Shown: positions 12,040 through 22,850 of the stretch, piece after piece
Numbering within the stretch: position 1 is the stretch's first letter
Layout of the letters: each line of letters opens with the position of its first letter
NCBI GenBank assembly: GCA_038087875.1
Contig: CM075989.1
Location: 6,822,001 to 6,886,000 of the forward strand
Length of the DNA: 64,000 nt
Reading direction: 5' to 3'
Source of the DNA: Malacoraja senta
Lineage: Eukaryota
The notes under the pieces: model-generated
Database searches by the model: none
What the model was told of the DNA's origin: nothing
What the model saw: the letters and a program-made list of their open reading frames with translations, nothing else
Position numbers and translations under genes: made by a program

Positions 12040-12225
12040 TCACCAGAGACGTGGTCACAGGGAGAACTTGCAAACAGGCTGATAGTTGTAGGAAAGTTGC
12101 TGTTCTTGATCTTGCTGGTGGTGCAACCTCAGGCTTCTGTACCTCCTGCCCGATGGTGGCAGTGAGAAGAGGGCAGGGCCCAGATGGTGGTGGATCCCTG
12201 ATGATAGATGCCGCTTTAATGGAGG
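12040..12225 (-). mobile_element. Rex1/Babar-like LINE 3' coding fragment
   Basis: ASIIRDP...P..RRYRSL-type C-terminal signature, decayed. Confidence 0.55.
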
Positions 12226-12229
12226 TGCA

Positions 12230-12990
12230 TGATGGAATACTCCCCACGTTCCTCGAGTGCAGCTTCAGTCACACTCAAGCAGCTGAACGCCATCCAAGGC
12301 AAAGCGGCCCACTTGCTCCTCATTAATCACCCTAGATATTTATTCCATCTAATAACAATTTGTGTACCAATAGACAATAGACAATAGACAATAGGTGCAG
12401 GAGTAGGCCATTTGGCCCTTCGAGCCAGCACCGCCATTCAATGTGATCTGGGCTGATCATCCCCAATCAGTACCCCGTTCCCACCTTCTCCCCATATCCC
12501 CTGACTCCGCTATTTTTAAGAGCCCTATCTAGCTCTCTCTTGAAAGCATCCAGCGAACCATTTGGGATTTGAGAACCAAATACCATTGGTATTCAGTCTA
12601 ATCCCAATGTGTACCTCCGACAAATGCATTGCGATTGCTCTCTTGGGCTAGTCTGAGAGTTTAAGTTTACTTTGTCACATGTACCGAAGTACAGTGAAAA
12701 ACTTTTGCTAAACGCGTGCTAACCAGCCAGCGGAAAGACACAACATGATCACGCCCAACTTTGCAGATTCCACCAGCAAGAGGGGACAAGAGCAGCAGGT
12801 GCATGAGACCAGCAGGCAGGCAGGTCTCCACCAAACCACATATTATCCTGACTTAGAAACATATCAGCATTCTTTCATTGTTATTGGGTCTAAATTCTGG
12901 AACACACTAGTCACAATAAGAAGTCGAAGAAGGCAACTCACCTCTGCCTTTAACAGGGCAATTGGAAATGGGCAGCAGATTTTGTCACCC
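12230..12990 (+). mobile_element. Old CR1-group LINE 3' relic interrupted by younger inserts, including a CR1 tail at 12368-12555 (minus)
   Basis: MEYSP...TLKQLNAIQGKAAHL remnant and 3' UTR-like cctgacttagaaacatatc...agggcaattggaaatgggca. Confidence 0.5.
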
Positions 12991-13734
12991 TTTGCAATGA
13001 CCAGATAGTAATACAACATGGAAACAGACCCTTCGGTCCAACTCATCCATGCCGACCAAGATGCCCCATCTAACCAATCTGAATTGCCTGCATTAGATAT
13101 CCCTCTAAACCTTTCTTATCCATGTAGTTGTCCAAGTGTGTTTTAAATGTTATTGTACCTGCCAGTGAGAAAATGAACAGAGGGTATAGTCATTCGTTAT
13201 GGTGCGACTTCGCTGATAGATTCTGCCTGAATGGAAAAAGTACTTGAAAGATCCTTATCTATGCAATCAAGCTGATGTACTAATTGCCACTAGAAGAAGT
13301 AAATCTCAAATTTTAAACATGTTCAGATGATTACATGAACATTAAACCAGGCTTAAAAAAGGCAAGTGTGCATTTGTGAAAAGGATAATGGTTTCTCTTT
13401 GACTGATTGACTTCAATCCATTCCACCTTCAGGCTGAGAAAAGATGGAATCAATTGTAAAGGTGGGGAACCCACTGTGGAACTAAGAGCATATTGCAATA
13501 CTTCACCAAGATTTCTGCCAGATCTTGCACTCGAACAGTAACAGGAATGAGAACTGGGACAGCAAAAGGCTTCTGACTTGTGAAAGATGTCTGGAAGTGA
13601 ATCTTTGCTTGTTTGCTCTGAAACAACATGAACGGCACTGTATTCCACAACAGGCTGTACTCTTGTTGAGTTGCTAATGCGGAGACGGAAGAATTATTGG
13701 AGAAAATATAACCGCTGAATGACTTGAAAGGTAC

Positions 13735-14280
13735 AGGATGGAAACAGCCCTTTGACCCACTGTCCACGCAGTTCATCGATCACCCATTCACACTATTTCT
13801 ATGCTATTCCACTCTTGCATCGACTCCCTACACATCAGGGGCAATTTAAGGGCCTGTCCCACTTGGGCATCAATTGCGCAGATGGCACGCGAAGATTTTG
13901 TACATCCCAAAACCATGGGGCGCTGCGTGCGACCGCGCATCACTGCCTACGTCACCATGCACCATGCGCACGTAATGCACACCATTCGCGCATCACATGC
14001 GCATCATGATGCGCTCGTCGTGCGTTGTGACGCGTAAGTGATGTTGCGTAAATGATGCGCAAATGACGCCCAAGTGGGACAGGCCCTTTACAGAGGCCAA
14101 TTAACCTACAAACCGGCACGTCTTTGGGATGTGGGAGGAACCAGAGCAACCAGGAGAAACCCACGTGGTCACAGGGAGACCATGCAAACTCTACACAGAG
14201 AGCACCCAAGATCAGGTTTGAACCCGGGTCTCCGGTGATGTGAGGCAGTGGTTCTGCCATCTAAACACCACTGTGCCACC
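13735..14280 (-). mobile_element. HE1-like tRNA/V-SINE interrupted by a Harbinger MITE
   Basis: Reverse complement of ggtggcacagtgg...gacccgggttc...; ggggcaattta|cagaggcc rejoins across the MITE. Confidence 0.8.
13849..14087. mobile_element. PIF/Harbinger MITE (239 bp)
   Basis: TIR AGGGCCTGTCCCACTTGGGC / GCCCAAGTGGGACAGGCCCT; TTA TSD at 13846-13848 and 14088-14090. Confidence 0.92.
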
Positions 14281-14876
14281 TTCAAAAACATAGAATGAGT
14301 AATCCATGATCCTGAAGAGAGATACTTTTCTTTCATGTCCACAGTGTTAGAGTTTGCCTCGAAATGTCATTTAGAGATTGAGAATGATAAATCTGCCGTG
14401 GGAGATTCGGAGTAATCACACTAGTTGCTTCTTTGTACAAATCCCTTCAAATCCGAGCACATGCCTGAAAGAGCTGACGCTGCCTATCCTCGGAGACTGC
14501 TTTGGAAAGCTAAGTAAGCTTCAAAATCCATCACTCTTAAATGTTTGGTTAAAAGCCAGATACATTAAGCTCACAGGTTATGAGAGTTGTACTGCGTCTC
14601 CACCCTCCATTAATCACAGATATTGATTTGAAATTAGATTACCTGGAAGGGCAGGCCATTCGGTCCAACTTGTCTGGGCTGGACTTCACACCTCCTGCCT
14701 TCTCACTCGCCCAGTAACATCTCATTTCTTTCTCCTCCTTCACATAATTAGCTTTCCCTTTCGTATGTCAATCCTCTTCACTTCAACTCTGTTAGTGAGC
14801 TACACAATCTGACGTTATTTTGGATTCAGATATTTCTCCTTAATTCCTCATTGAATTTATCGGGCACTTTTGTGGT

Positions 14877-15180
14877 GGGCGGCACGATGGTGCGGCGGTA
14901 GAGTTGCTGCCTTACAGCGCCAGAGACCCGTGTTCGATCCTGACTGTGGGTGCTGTCAGTATGAAGTTTGTACAGTCTCCCCATGACCTATATGGGTTCT
15001 CACAAGATGCTCCAGTTTACTCCAACACTCCAAAGATGTACAGGTTTGTAGGTTAATTGGCTTCTGTACATTGTAAATTGTCCCTAGTTTGTAGGAAAGA
15101 GCTAGTGTGCGGGGATCGCTGGTCGGCGCTGACTATGTGGGCTGAAGGGCCTGTTTCCGCGATGTATCTCTAAACTAAAC
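14877..15180 (+). mobile_element. HE1-like tRNA-derived V-SINE
   Basis: A box (tggtgcggcggt), B box (gttcgatcc), V-domain-like core, CR1-like tail gtgggctgaagggcctgtttcc...(TAAAC)n. Confidence 0.88.
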
Positions 15181-15207
15181 ATCCTGACATTTATCTAATC
15201 ATACCTT

Positions 15208-15625
15208 CAGGTCAGGTCGGGGGGAGTTCCCCCCGCCACGGGTACCATGTAATCCCGGGCTACCTGCTCCATGGTCGGACAGTCGGCGACTAAACGGTCT
15301 CCCCCACCTGGTTTGCCAGGTGAGGAGGGTTCAGTGGACCCCCAGCAGGACCAAAAACAAGACCTGTCAATGGGCGGATGAGCTTCTAGCGAGCCAATGG
15401 CAATCCACACTTCAGTAGAAGTTACGATCACTGTCGTACATGTAATTGTAAGGAACGACGATAAAGCACACACACCAAAAATCCTGTACTTCCAGCAGCG
15501 GAAATCCGCAAGAACTGGAGGACAGAGATGTGTGGTGCGTCCGTCATAGTTCCCGTCGGAAACTAGCACCACTGCGTTGCTGATGTTTTCAACGATGATG
15601 AATGAATGAATGAATGAATGAATGA
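15208..15625 (+). mobile_element. Short non-autonomous retroposon, probably RTE-related
   Basis: 7-bp TSD ATACCTT (15201-15207, 15626-15632), (TGAA)n tail, no tRNA head; family assignment is by resemblance only. Confidence 0.6.
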
Positions 15626-18189
15626 ATACCTTTGTAGAATTTTACAGGCTTCTTTAACGTCGCTCCCTTCACCTTATATCCAGGGCAAGATGCTCGTTCA
15701 GTTAAAGAAATTAGTAATTTTATATAACTAGAAGTTAGAATGTATGTGACCTGCAAGAAATTTCTGTATTCAGAATGAAAATTAAGGTGAAAAGGAGCGT
15801 GCAACTGAAATTGGTGGAAATGACTCAGTAAAAGCTGTAAGTAGAATATCTTGTAAAGAAGGAATAGGTTACATTTCTCTTTTGGTGTTAAAATCCTGCC
15901 TTGGGTTGTAATGGTTGACACACCTTTGCTAAATCATTGTCTTGGTTTTATTCCTTATAATCAATTACCCTGCATGTTCCTTCTTAAATATTTTGTCTAC
16001 TACCCTCCATGTATACTTTCCTCTGGATATAGTCAGAGTTTTCCCACCTCACAGCTGAATATACCGTTAATATATTTCTAGTCTGTACATTCAAAATGGC
16101 CTTTGGCAGATGGTTTCCGCAGTTGATCAGGTAGGCTTCAAAATGAATCCCTTGTGCATGGTGCAATGTGTGTTATATATTTGCATCAGCACATTTCCCT
16201 CTGCCTCTGAAATTCATCCCATTGAAGTCATCCCCGGCATTGTTGCTTGGAGATTAATCCCTAGGCACTAATTCCAGGTGGATTTCAGAAATGCCTCATT
16301 CTTGCCTCAGAGACTGCCCAATCCCAACGATTGAGGTTGTAGGAACAGGGCACAAAGTGCTGGAGCAACTCAGTGGATCAGGCAGCACCTCTGGAGAAGA
16401 TGGATGGATAATGTTTCTGGATGGGACCATTCTTCGGAAGAATGGATCATTCAGGCCCTCAGACTATTCTGCCATTCAGTAGGTCTCGTCCTTATCTGGG
16501 TTGCCTTAAGTCCTCATCCCTTAAACTCCCAGTTTAGCTAAGCACCCTCAATCTCAGTCCTCCAAGCTCCAATTATCTTGACGTCCATGGCTTTTGGGAG
16601 GTATTGAGGTACTCCAATTGGAGCAAGGGTTTAGCCTGTGGCCAAAATTACGTGGGACCAATGCATTTACTCACTGAGACATCGAAACGATTTTTCATCA
16701 AGTTTAAATGGATTGCCATTAAATGGCTCGGCCCAAGTTTTTTTTTACAATCTCAGTACTCTCCGTTTCGGTAATACTTTACTCAGGTAAAACACTTGGA
16801 CCACAGCTGCCAACAGAATCACTCTCTCCAGCTTCCACATTCAATCAGTTTATTGCAGCACATTGACCTTAATCTTGAACCTTGCTGGTTAGTAGTTTAG
16901 TTTCTACAGCTGCATGCTTGGCGTGAACCATTAGAAGAAAAAAACAATTCCTGGGCAGAGCTGGAGAGCTGAGAGCAGCACAATGCTCCATTACTCATCT
17001 CTGTAATCCGCACAGAGCTAATGTCTGAGCCGAGACGATTAACCCAAGGTTTCTTGCTGATCCGAGTTTTCCTCCTGCCTGTGGTTCAAAATTCCATTGG
17101 TCTACAGGTGGAAAATGCGCAATGACTATTTGATTAAGTCTCTGGAGTGCAAATGACACTGGCAGGATGCCACACCTCAAGTGGCATGGAAGTCAATGGA
17201 ACTGAGGGTGTGGTGCAGCATACAACACGCTGCCATAATGATACTGTTGTGAAATTCCATATCTTCATACACTTCTTCCCAAAATAATCTGAGTTGGTTG
17301 TGTTGGCACAATTGTCATTTAAAAAAAAAGTATACAGGAAGTTATGCTATAAAACGTGTCTCCATAACATGAATTGGATATAATGTGAGTGAAAAATTTG
17401 GGAACATTATTTGAAATATACAGGCTGATTTGATCAGGAATGAAAGATCCACTTAAAAATTAATTTGGAAATTGACAAACAGAAAAAAAAGCTGCCTTGG
17501 ATTTAAACTGTTTCAGGAAAAACTTTCCTTGTAACCTCTCCACAGTTATCAGATAACACATGCTGTTTTAACCATGGGTGGCCATGGAAATTGGCAAGCG
17601 ATCAGTTCTATTGACACTTGTGCAATGATGCTCTATTAAACAATGGAACATACAGCCATTATTATTTTCAACTTGCAGTGACGAAAATAAATTTATTGCT
17701 ACTGAAAAAAATCAATATTTTTGAAAATCCTATAGGAAAGATAACGTTGTTATCGCAAGTCTGAAACTCGCTAGCCCCCAACCCCATTTCCCCCATTCGC
17801 ACAATTGATTTTATAACGTGATGTTCTATAACATGAGGAATGCACCAACCATGTTCTATTAGAACCACCTGCCGGTGACCAGAAGAGTATGGACTGTGAA
17901 AGTGTGTATTGTGGAGTCAGGGAAGCCACCAGTTCAGCAATGACTACACAGGCGCTCGTAGTAGGGGGGACTCGTGCAATAAGCTTTATTTCCAATGTTG
18001 AACAATAGTATCTATAAGGTCCAAGTCCACTTGGGGGTGTGGTACCTTGTTGTCTGAGAGGAGGTGCCGGCAACTTAGATTCATCCTCGCAGCTTTCCCC
18101 CAGCCTCTAGAGGAAGGACTGGCAGTCTCAGGTTTGTCCAGGTGTGCTCAGTCTTCTGAGCCTGGACAAACAGAAGCACAGGTAGCATG

Positions 18190-18313
18190 GTGTGTGTGTC
18201 TCTCTCTCTCTCTACCTCTCTCTCTCTCTCTCCCCCTCTCTCCCTCTCTCTCCCTCTCTCTCCCCTCTCTCTCCCTCTCTCTCTCTCTCTCTATCTCTCT
18301 CCCCCTCTCTCCC

Positions 18314-18347
<34 letters not shown>

Positions 18348-18800
18348 CCTCTCTACCCCTCTCTCCCTCTCTCCCCCTCCCCCTCCCTCTCCCCCTCTCT
18401 CTCCTGCCCACTCTCCCTCTCTCCCTCTCTCCCCCTCTCCCTCTCTCCCCCTCTCCCTCTCCCTCTCTCCCTCTCCCCCTCTCTCCCACCCTCTCTCCCT
18501 CTCTTCCTCTCTCCCTCTCTCCCGCCCTCGCTCCCTCTCTCCCTCTCTCCCTCTCTCCCCCTCTCCCCCTCTCCCCCTCTCCCTCTCTCCCTCTCTCCCT
18601 CTCTCCCTCTCTCCCTCGCTCCCTCTCTCCCTCTCTCCCTCCCCCTCCCTCTCCCCCTCTCTCCCGCCCTCTCTCCCTCTCTCCCCCTCTCCCCCTCTCC
18701 CTCTCCCTCTCTCCCTCTCTCCCTCCCCACCTCTCCCCCCCCTCTCTCTCTCCTGCTCTCTCTCTCCCCCCCTCTCTCTCCCCTCCTTTCCCCCTCTCTC
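18190..18800. repeat. (CT/CCCT)n polypyrimidine low-complexity tract
   Basis: About 600 bp almost entirely C/T. Confidence 0.98.
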
Positions 18801-19589
18801 ATTCCTGGCTGGAACTAGGCTTTATGGGGCAGGACTGATGAGATCCAAGAACCATTAAAGTGGCCTCAGTTTCCTCTAGGGAGCCGGTGTTTTCCCAGTA
18901 GTCAAGGCTTTGTTTGTGGTGCTGATGCTAGACTTCCTCTGGCCAGTCTGTGGATGATGGGGATCGGAGAGCAGGTATTAATTTTAGGGAATCAAAATGT
19001 TTAACTTTGTGCAGTGTGATGCAGGATACAAGACTACTTTACCCCACTAACAACAATATAATGTAATGACAAATCAGACTGTGTTTGAATTATTGGGCAG
19101 CCTTACTAGACCCAGCTTATCCTTCTCAATCACGCACCACTCTCGGCACTTGGATGTACTTAGTTAGCAAGCATTGCCTTCTAGTACCCTCTCTGTGTTA
19201 CCACTGATCATTCCACAAGTGGTGAAAAGAACTACAGCCCACTCCCACATCAGACAAATAATACATTTCAATGCCACCCACAGTTAAAGTAGTTGTATTT
19301 TTAAGAGACAATATTGTGCCTGATTACTGCAGAGAGGTTACAAATATTTATTTTTCCTGCTGTGCTATTTAAATCCAAGCCAGCTTTTTTTCTTCTCATA
19401 ATTTTCAAAAGCAACTTTAAACTAGTTCTTTAGTTCCTTATCAAAATTACATTATAATCAACGGAGCTATTCAGTAGAAAAATCACTTCATAATTTTAAA
19501 GAGATTAATTAAATTAAAAAATAATTAAATGGATGTAAAAACCTTTAGGTTATAGAGATTAATTAAAATCTTGAGTGAATGTTAACCAC

Positions 19590-19830
19590 AGAGCTGCTGC
19601 CTCACTGCACTAGAAACCCAGTTCGATCCTCACCTCAGGCACTGTCTGGATGGAGTTTGCACGTCCTACTTCGCATCCCAAAGCTTTATGAGTTTGTAAG
19701 TTAATAGGTCGCTGCTTTAAAAAAAATGTGCTGATGTGTAGAGAGTGGATGAGAAAGTGGGATAACAGAGGTAGTATGAACAGGTGATCGATGGTCAGCA
19801 TGGGCTATAGGGCTGCCACACTATCTTTCA
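19590..19830 (+). mobile_element. Degenerate HE1-like SINE
   Basis: agagctgctgcctcac...cccagttcgatcct...tggagtttgcacgt. Confidence 0.65.
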
Positions 19831-20061
19831 ACCCAATCGATTGCATCCGATTTAACTCCTTTGCCTATTCTCAAAATAATTGTTCAATGAGATATTTTGA
19901 ATCTTTCTGAGATAGCAGGGTTCAATGTTTCATATAACTGTGTAGCAATCCTTCAGTGTTGCCCTTGAAAGTCAGACGTTTAACCATCATATGTACCAAT
20001 GATAGATCAAGGAAGATCTTTCTTGCAGCAGCATGTGGTCTATAAGCACCACATACACACA

Positions 20062-21082
20062 GATAATATATCGTGGCGTCAGGGATGATGCTGCTTCACC
20101 CACTATTCCCAGTCGGGTGAACTCACAAGATATATATTATTTACAGTGGTAAGAAAGTCCAGTATTGCATGGGGTGCTGTCCCTCACCATCAGAACGCAT
20201 GTGCGATAATGATAACTGGTGATCCCTGGGTTTTCCTGGCAGCTCAGCCCTGGTCTGCAAAGAGGAGGAGGCATGGTGATCTCCAGCTTCTTTCTGCAGT
20301 TCGCCCTTGCCTTGAGAAGAAGCGCTGACGGCACATGTTTCTTCCTGCTGGCTCAGCTTTGGGGTTGAAGAGGCGACACTGGTGGTCTCTGGATTATCCT
20401 GGCGGCCAGCCTTCGCCCCTGTGTGGACGCAGTCCCTTGTTGTCTGTGGGCTGGAAGACGTACTGGCATCTTGGGCTTGCCTTGGCCACTCGGTCTTTAC
20501 CCCAGGAGAGACGCTGGATGTGGAGGGTTTCTTCCCGGCAACCCAGTCTTGACCACACTGTGGTGCTAGTGGTCTCAGGTTTGTCCCAGTGGATCCGTCT
20601 TCCTCAAACATGTGACGGGAACACAGCTAATGGACAAGCAGCCCACTTTGTCTCATTTCCTCACTCTTCTTTCATCCTCTTTCTCTCCAGCTCCTTCTTC
20701 TCTCTCCCTTCTCTCCAGCTTTGTCTACTCTCTCCCTTCCTTCCTGCTTCTTCTCTCTCCCTTCTCTCCTGCCTCTTCTTATCTCTCCCTTCTGTCCTGC
20801 CTCTTCTTATCTCTCCCTTCTGTCCTGCCTCTTCTTCTCTCTCCCTTCTCTCCAGCTTTTTCTACTCTCCCCAGCTTCTTCTCCCCAGCTTCTTCTCTCC
20901 CGTCTCCCCTCTAGAGAGAATGCCTGGGTTTTATAGGGAGCAGGATGACAAGGTTCAAGTGGCCAACCAATATCAGCTAATTGGACCTATCTGTTACCAA
21001 TGGTTCTGGGGATTGGCCTTTCCTGGCCTGTCAGCCACTGACAGGGACCAGGGCAGCAGCCAAGGTGGAGCGCGTAGTCACA
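20062..21082 (-). mobile_element. Putative solo LTR with internal CT-rich tandem tract
   Basis: Minus strand starts TGTGAC; CCAAT boxes and CCTATAAAA near 20930; ends near GCCACGA; no TSD seen. Confidence 0.35.
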
Positions 21083-21164
21083 GTCTAGCACAGAAAAAAT
21101 CAAAGCTGTAAACACACTACGTGCAAAATAACCTGAAGTCCCTCTGTCCAACCGAGGATGGTCA

Positions 21165-21449
21165 TAGACGTTCAAAGTTGAGGTGAGTGTTCAATAGCCT
21201 GATGGTTGCTGGGAAGAAGCTGTTCTTGAAGTTTTAGGACTGCTCTACCTTGCTTGCAATGGTAGTCATGAAGGAAAGTGCAATCAGGGCGATGTGGATC
21301 TTAAATGATATTGTCTACCTTTTTGAGGCAGCACCTTTGGTGGTGGAGAGGTCAGTACCTGTGATTGATCAGGCAGTGTGTACCACTCTCTGTATTCTCC
21401 TTCATTCCTGGGCATTTTGAGTTCTTGAACCAGGCTGTGATGCAACCAG
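21165..21449 (-). mobile_element. Rex1/Babar-like LINE 3' fragment
   Basis: gcctgatggttgctgggaagaagctgttcttgaa...ctttttgaggcagc, also present at 31215-31370. Confidence 0.6.
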
Positions 21450-22250
21450 TTAATAATAATAATAATAATAGATTTTATTTATATGGCGCTTTTCAGGACT
21501 CAAAGTCGCTTTACAATTGAGAGTCAGGAATAAACAAAACAAAATAGAGCAGTAAGACAGAGGGGAGGGGAACATGGGACTAAGGGTATGCAGAGGTGAA
21601 GAGATGGGTCTTGAGGCGGGACTGGAAGATGGTGAGGGACTCAGAATTTTGGACCAGTTGTGGGAGGGAATTCCAGAGCCTGGGAGCTGCCCTGGAGAAG
21701 GCTCTGCCTCCAAAAGTGCAGAGGTTTGATTTCGGAGTGGAGAGGCGACCAGCTGATGTGGATATGAGGGACCGTGAGGGTTGGTAGGGGGAGAGGAGGT
21801 CAATGAGATAAGGGGGGGCCAGGTTGTTGAGGGCTTTGTAGGTGAGGACCAGGATTTTGTAGGTGATCCGGTGGGAAATGGGAAGCCAGTGAAGTTCTTT
21901 GAGAACTGGGGTGATGTGGTGCCAGGATTTGGTGTGGGTAATGAGTCGAGTGGCTGCATTTTGGACCAGTTGGAGTCGTTTGATGCGGCTGGAATTGATT
22001 CCGAAAAGAAGAGAGTTACAGTAGTCCAGTCGGGAGGAGATGAAGGCATGGATGAGTCTTTCAGCAGCGGGGGGTGTGAGACGATCTGATTTTTGCAATG
22101 TTGCGGAGGTGAAAAAATGATGTTTTGACAACATGGCGGATGTGAGGCTCAAGGGAGAGGGTTGAGTCAAAGATCACGCCAAGGTTGCGTGCCTGAGGAG
22201 ATGGGGAGACAGTGATGCCGTCGATAGTGAGAGTGGGGTTGTTAATTTCA
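21450..22250 (-). mobile_element. 5'-truncated L2 LINE
   Basis: AERLIHAFISSRLDYCNSL...LQLVQNAATRL...HITPVLKELHWLP...AAPRLWNSLP; aataaa and (TAT)n tail. Confidence 0.92.
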
Positions 22251-22548
22251 GTGTGTGTTGATTTAGTGAGTGTTAATATGCTCTCTATTGTACACCTGTT
22301 GAGTTCAAGTCGCTGGAGTGAAGTTTAGATCCACAACCCTTTGTCTTGGGGAAATAGCTATCAACAAAATGGCAGCTGGTAATCAAATTGTCAAGGTTGG
22401 AGAAAATAATCAGCAATCAATAGTCATTTTAGTCTCCTGAATTGTGCGGAAAATACAGATTAACTCAATCTCCTGACATCCTGAATGGCCTGTGCACTCT
22501 CTCCCCAGCCATTCACCATTTTAACTACATTGCACATGGGGTCATGGA

Positions 22549-22758
22549 TGTAGAGCCGTGCATGTTCCTTTAACATGGTGACCTCACTTCTACTAACCAC
22601 TCCCCATTAGCTTCAGTATAAATGTAACCTTCCCACCCCTAGCTCGCTCTCTAGCTCCGGTAACGGACCACGGACAGCTAGGGCAATATGTGTGTATACG
22701 AATACAATGTATGCAATAAACTAGAGTGAAGACACCCTGTGTTTGGACAGTCTTTACA
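22549..22758 (+). repeat. 5' LTR
   Basis: tgtagagcc...tctttaca; contains TATAAA and AATAAA. Confidence 0.98.
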
Positions 22759-22772
22759 TGGTTGTCAGAAGT
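22759..22772 (+). promoter_or_regulatory. Primer-binding site (tRNA-Leu-like)
   Basis: TGGTTGTCAGAAGT directly after the LTR; one T more than the usual TGGTGTCAGAAGT. Confidence 0.75.
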
Positions 22773-22850
22773 TAACCCTGCGTCTCCTGTTCATCGGGTT
22801 TGTTTTCTTTTCTCCAAGTGTTTATTTTCCTTTCCAACTATTTAAGTACT

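Noticed and set aside
14877..14945. tRNA-like sequences here and at other SINE heads
   Set aside because: Each is followed by a SINE core and tail and has no complete cloverleaf, so these are SINE heads rather than tRNA genes.
18047..18858. Long Ser/Leu/Pro ORFs and Arg/Glu/Gly antisense ORFs
   Set aside because: Stop-free low-complexity C/T tract, not coding.
20335..21111. 258-aa ORF
   Set aside because: Largely a CT-rich tandem tract within an LTR-like repeat; no recognisable domain.
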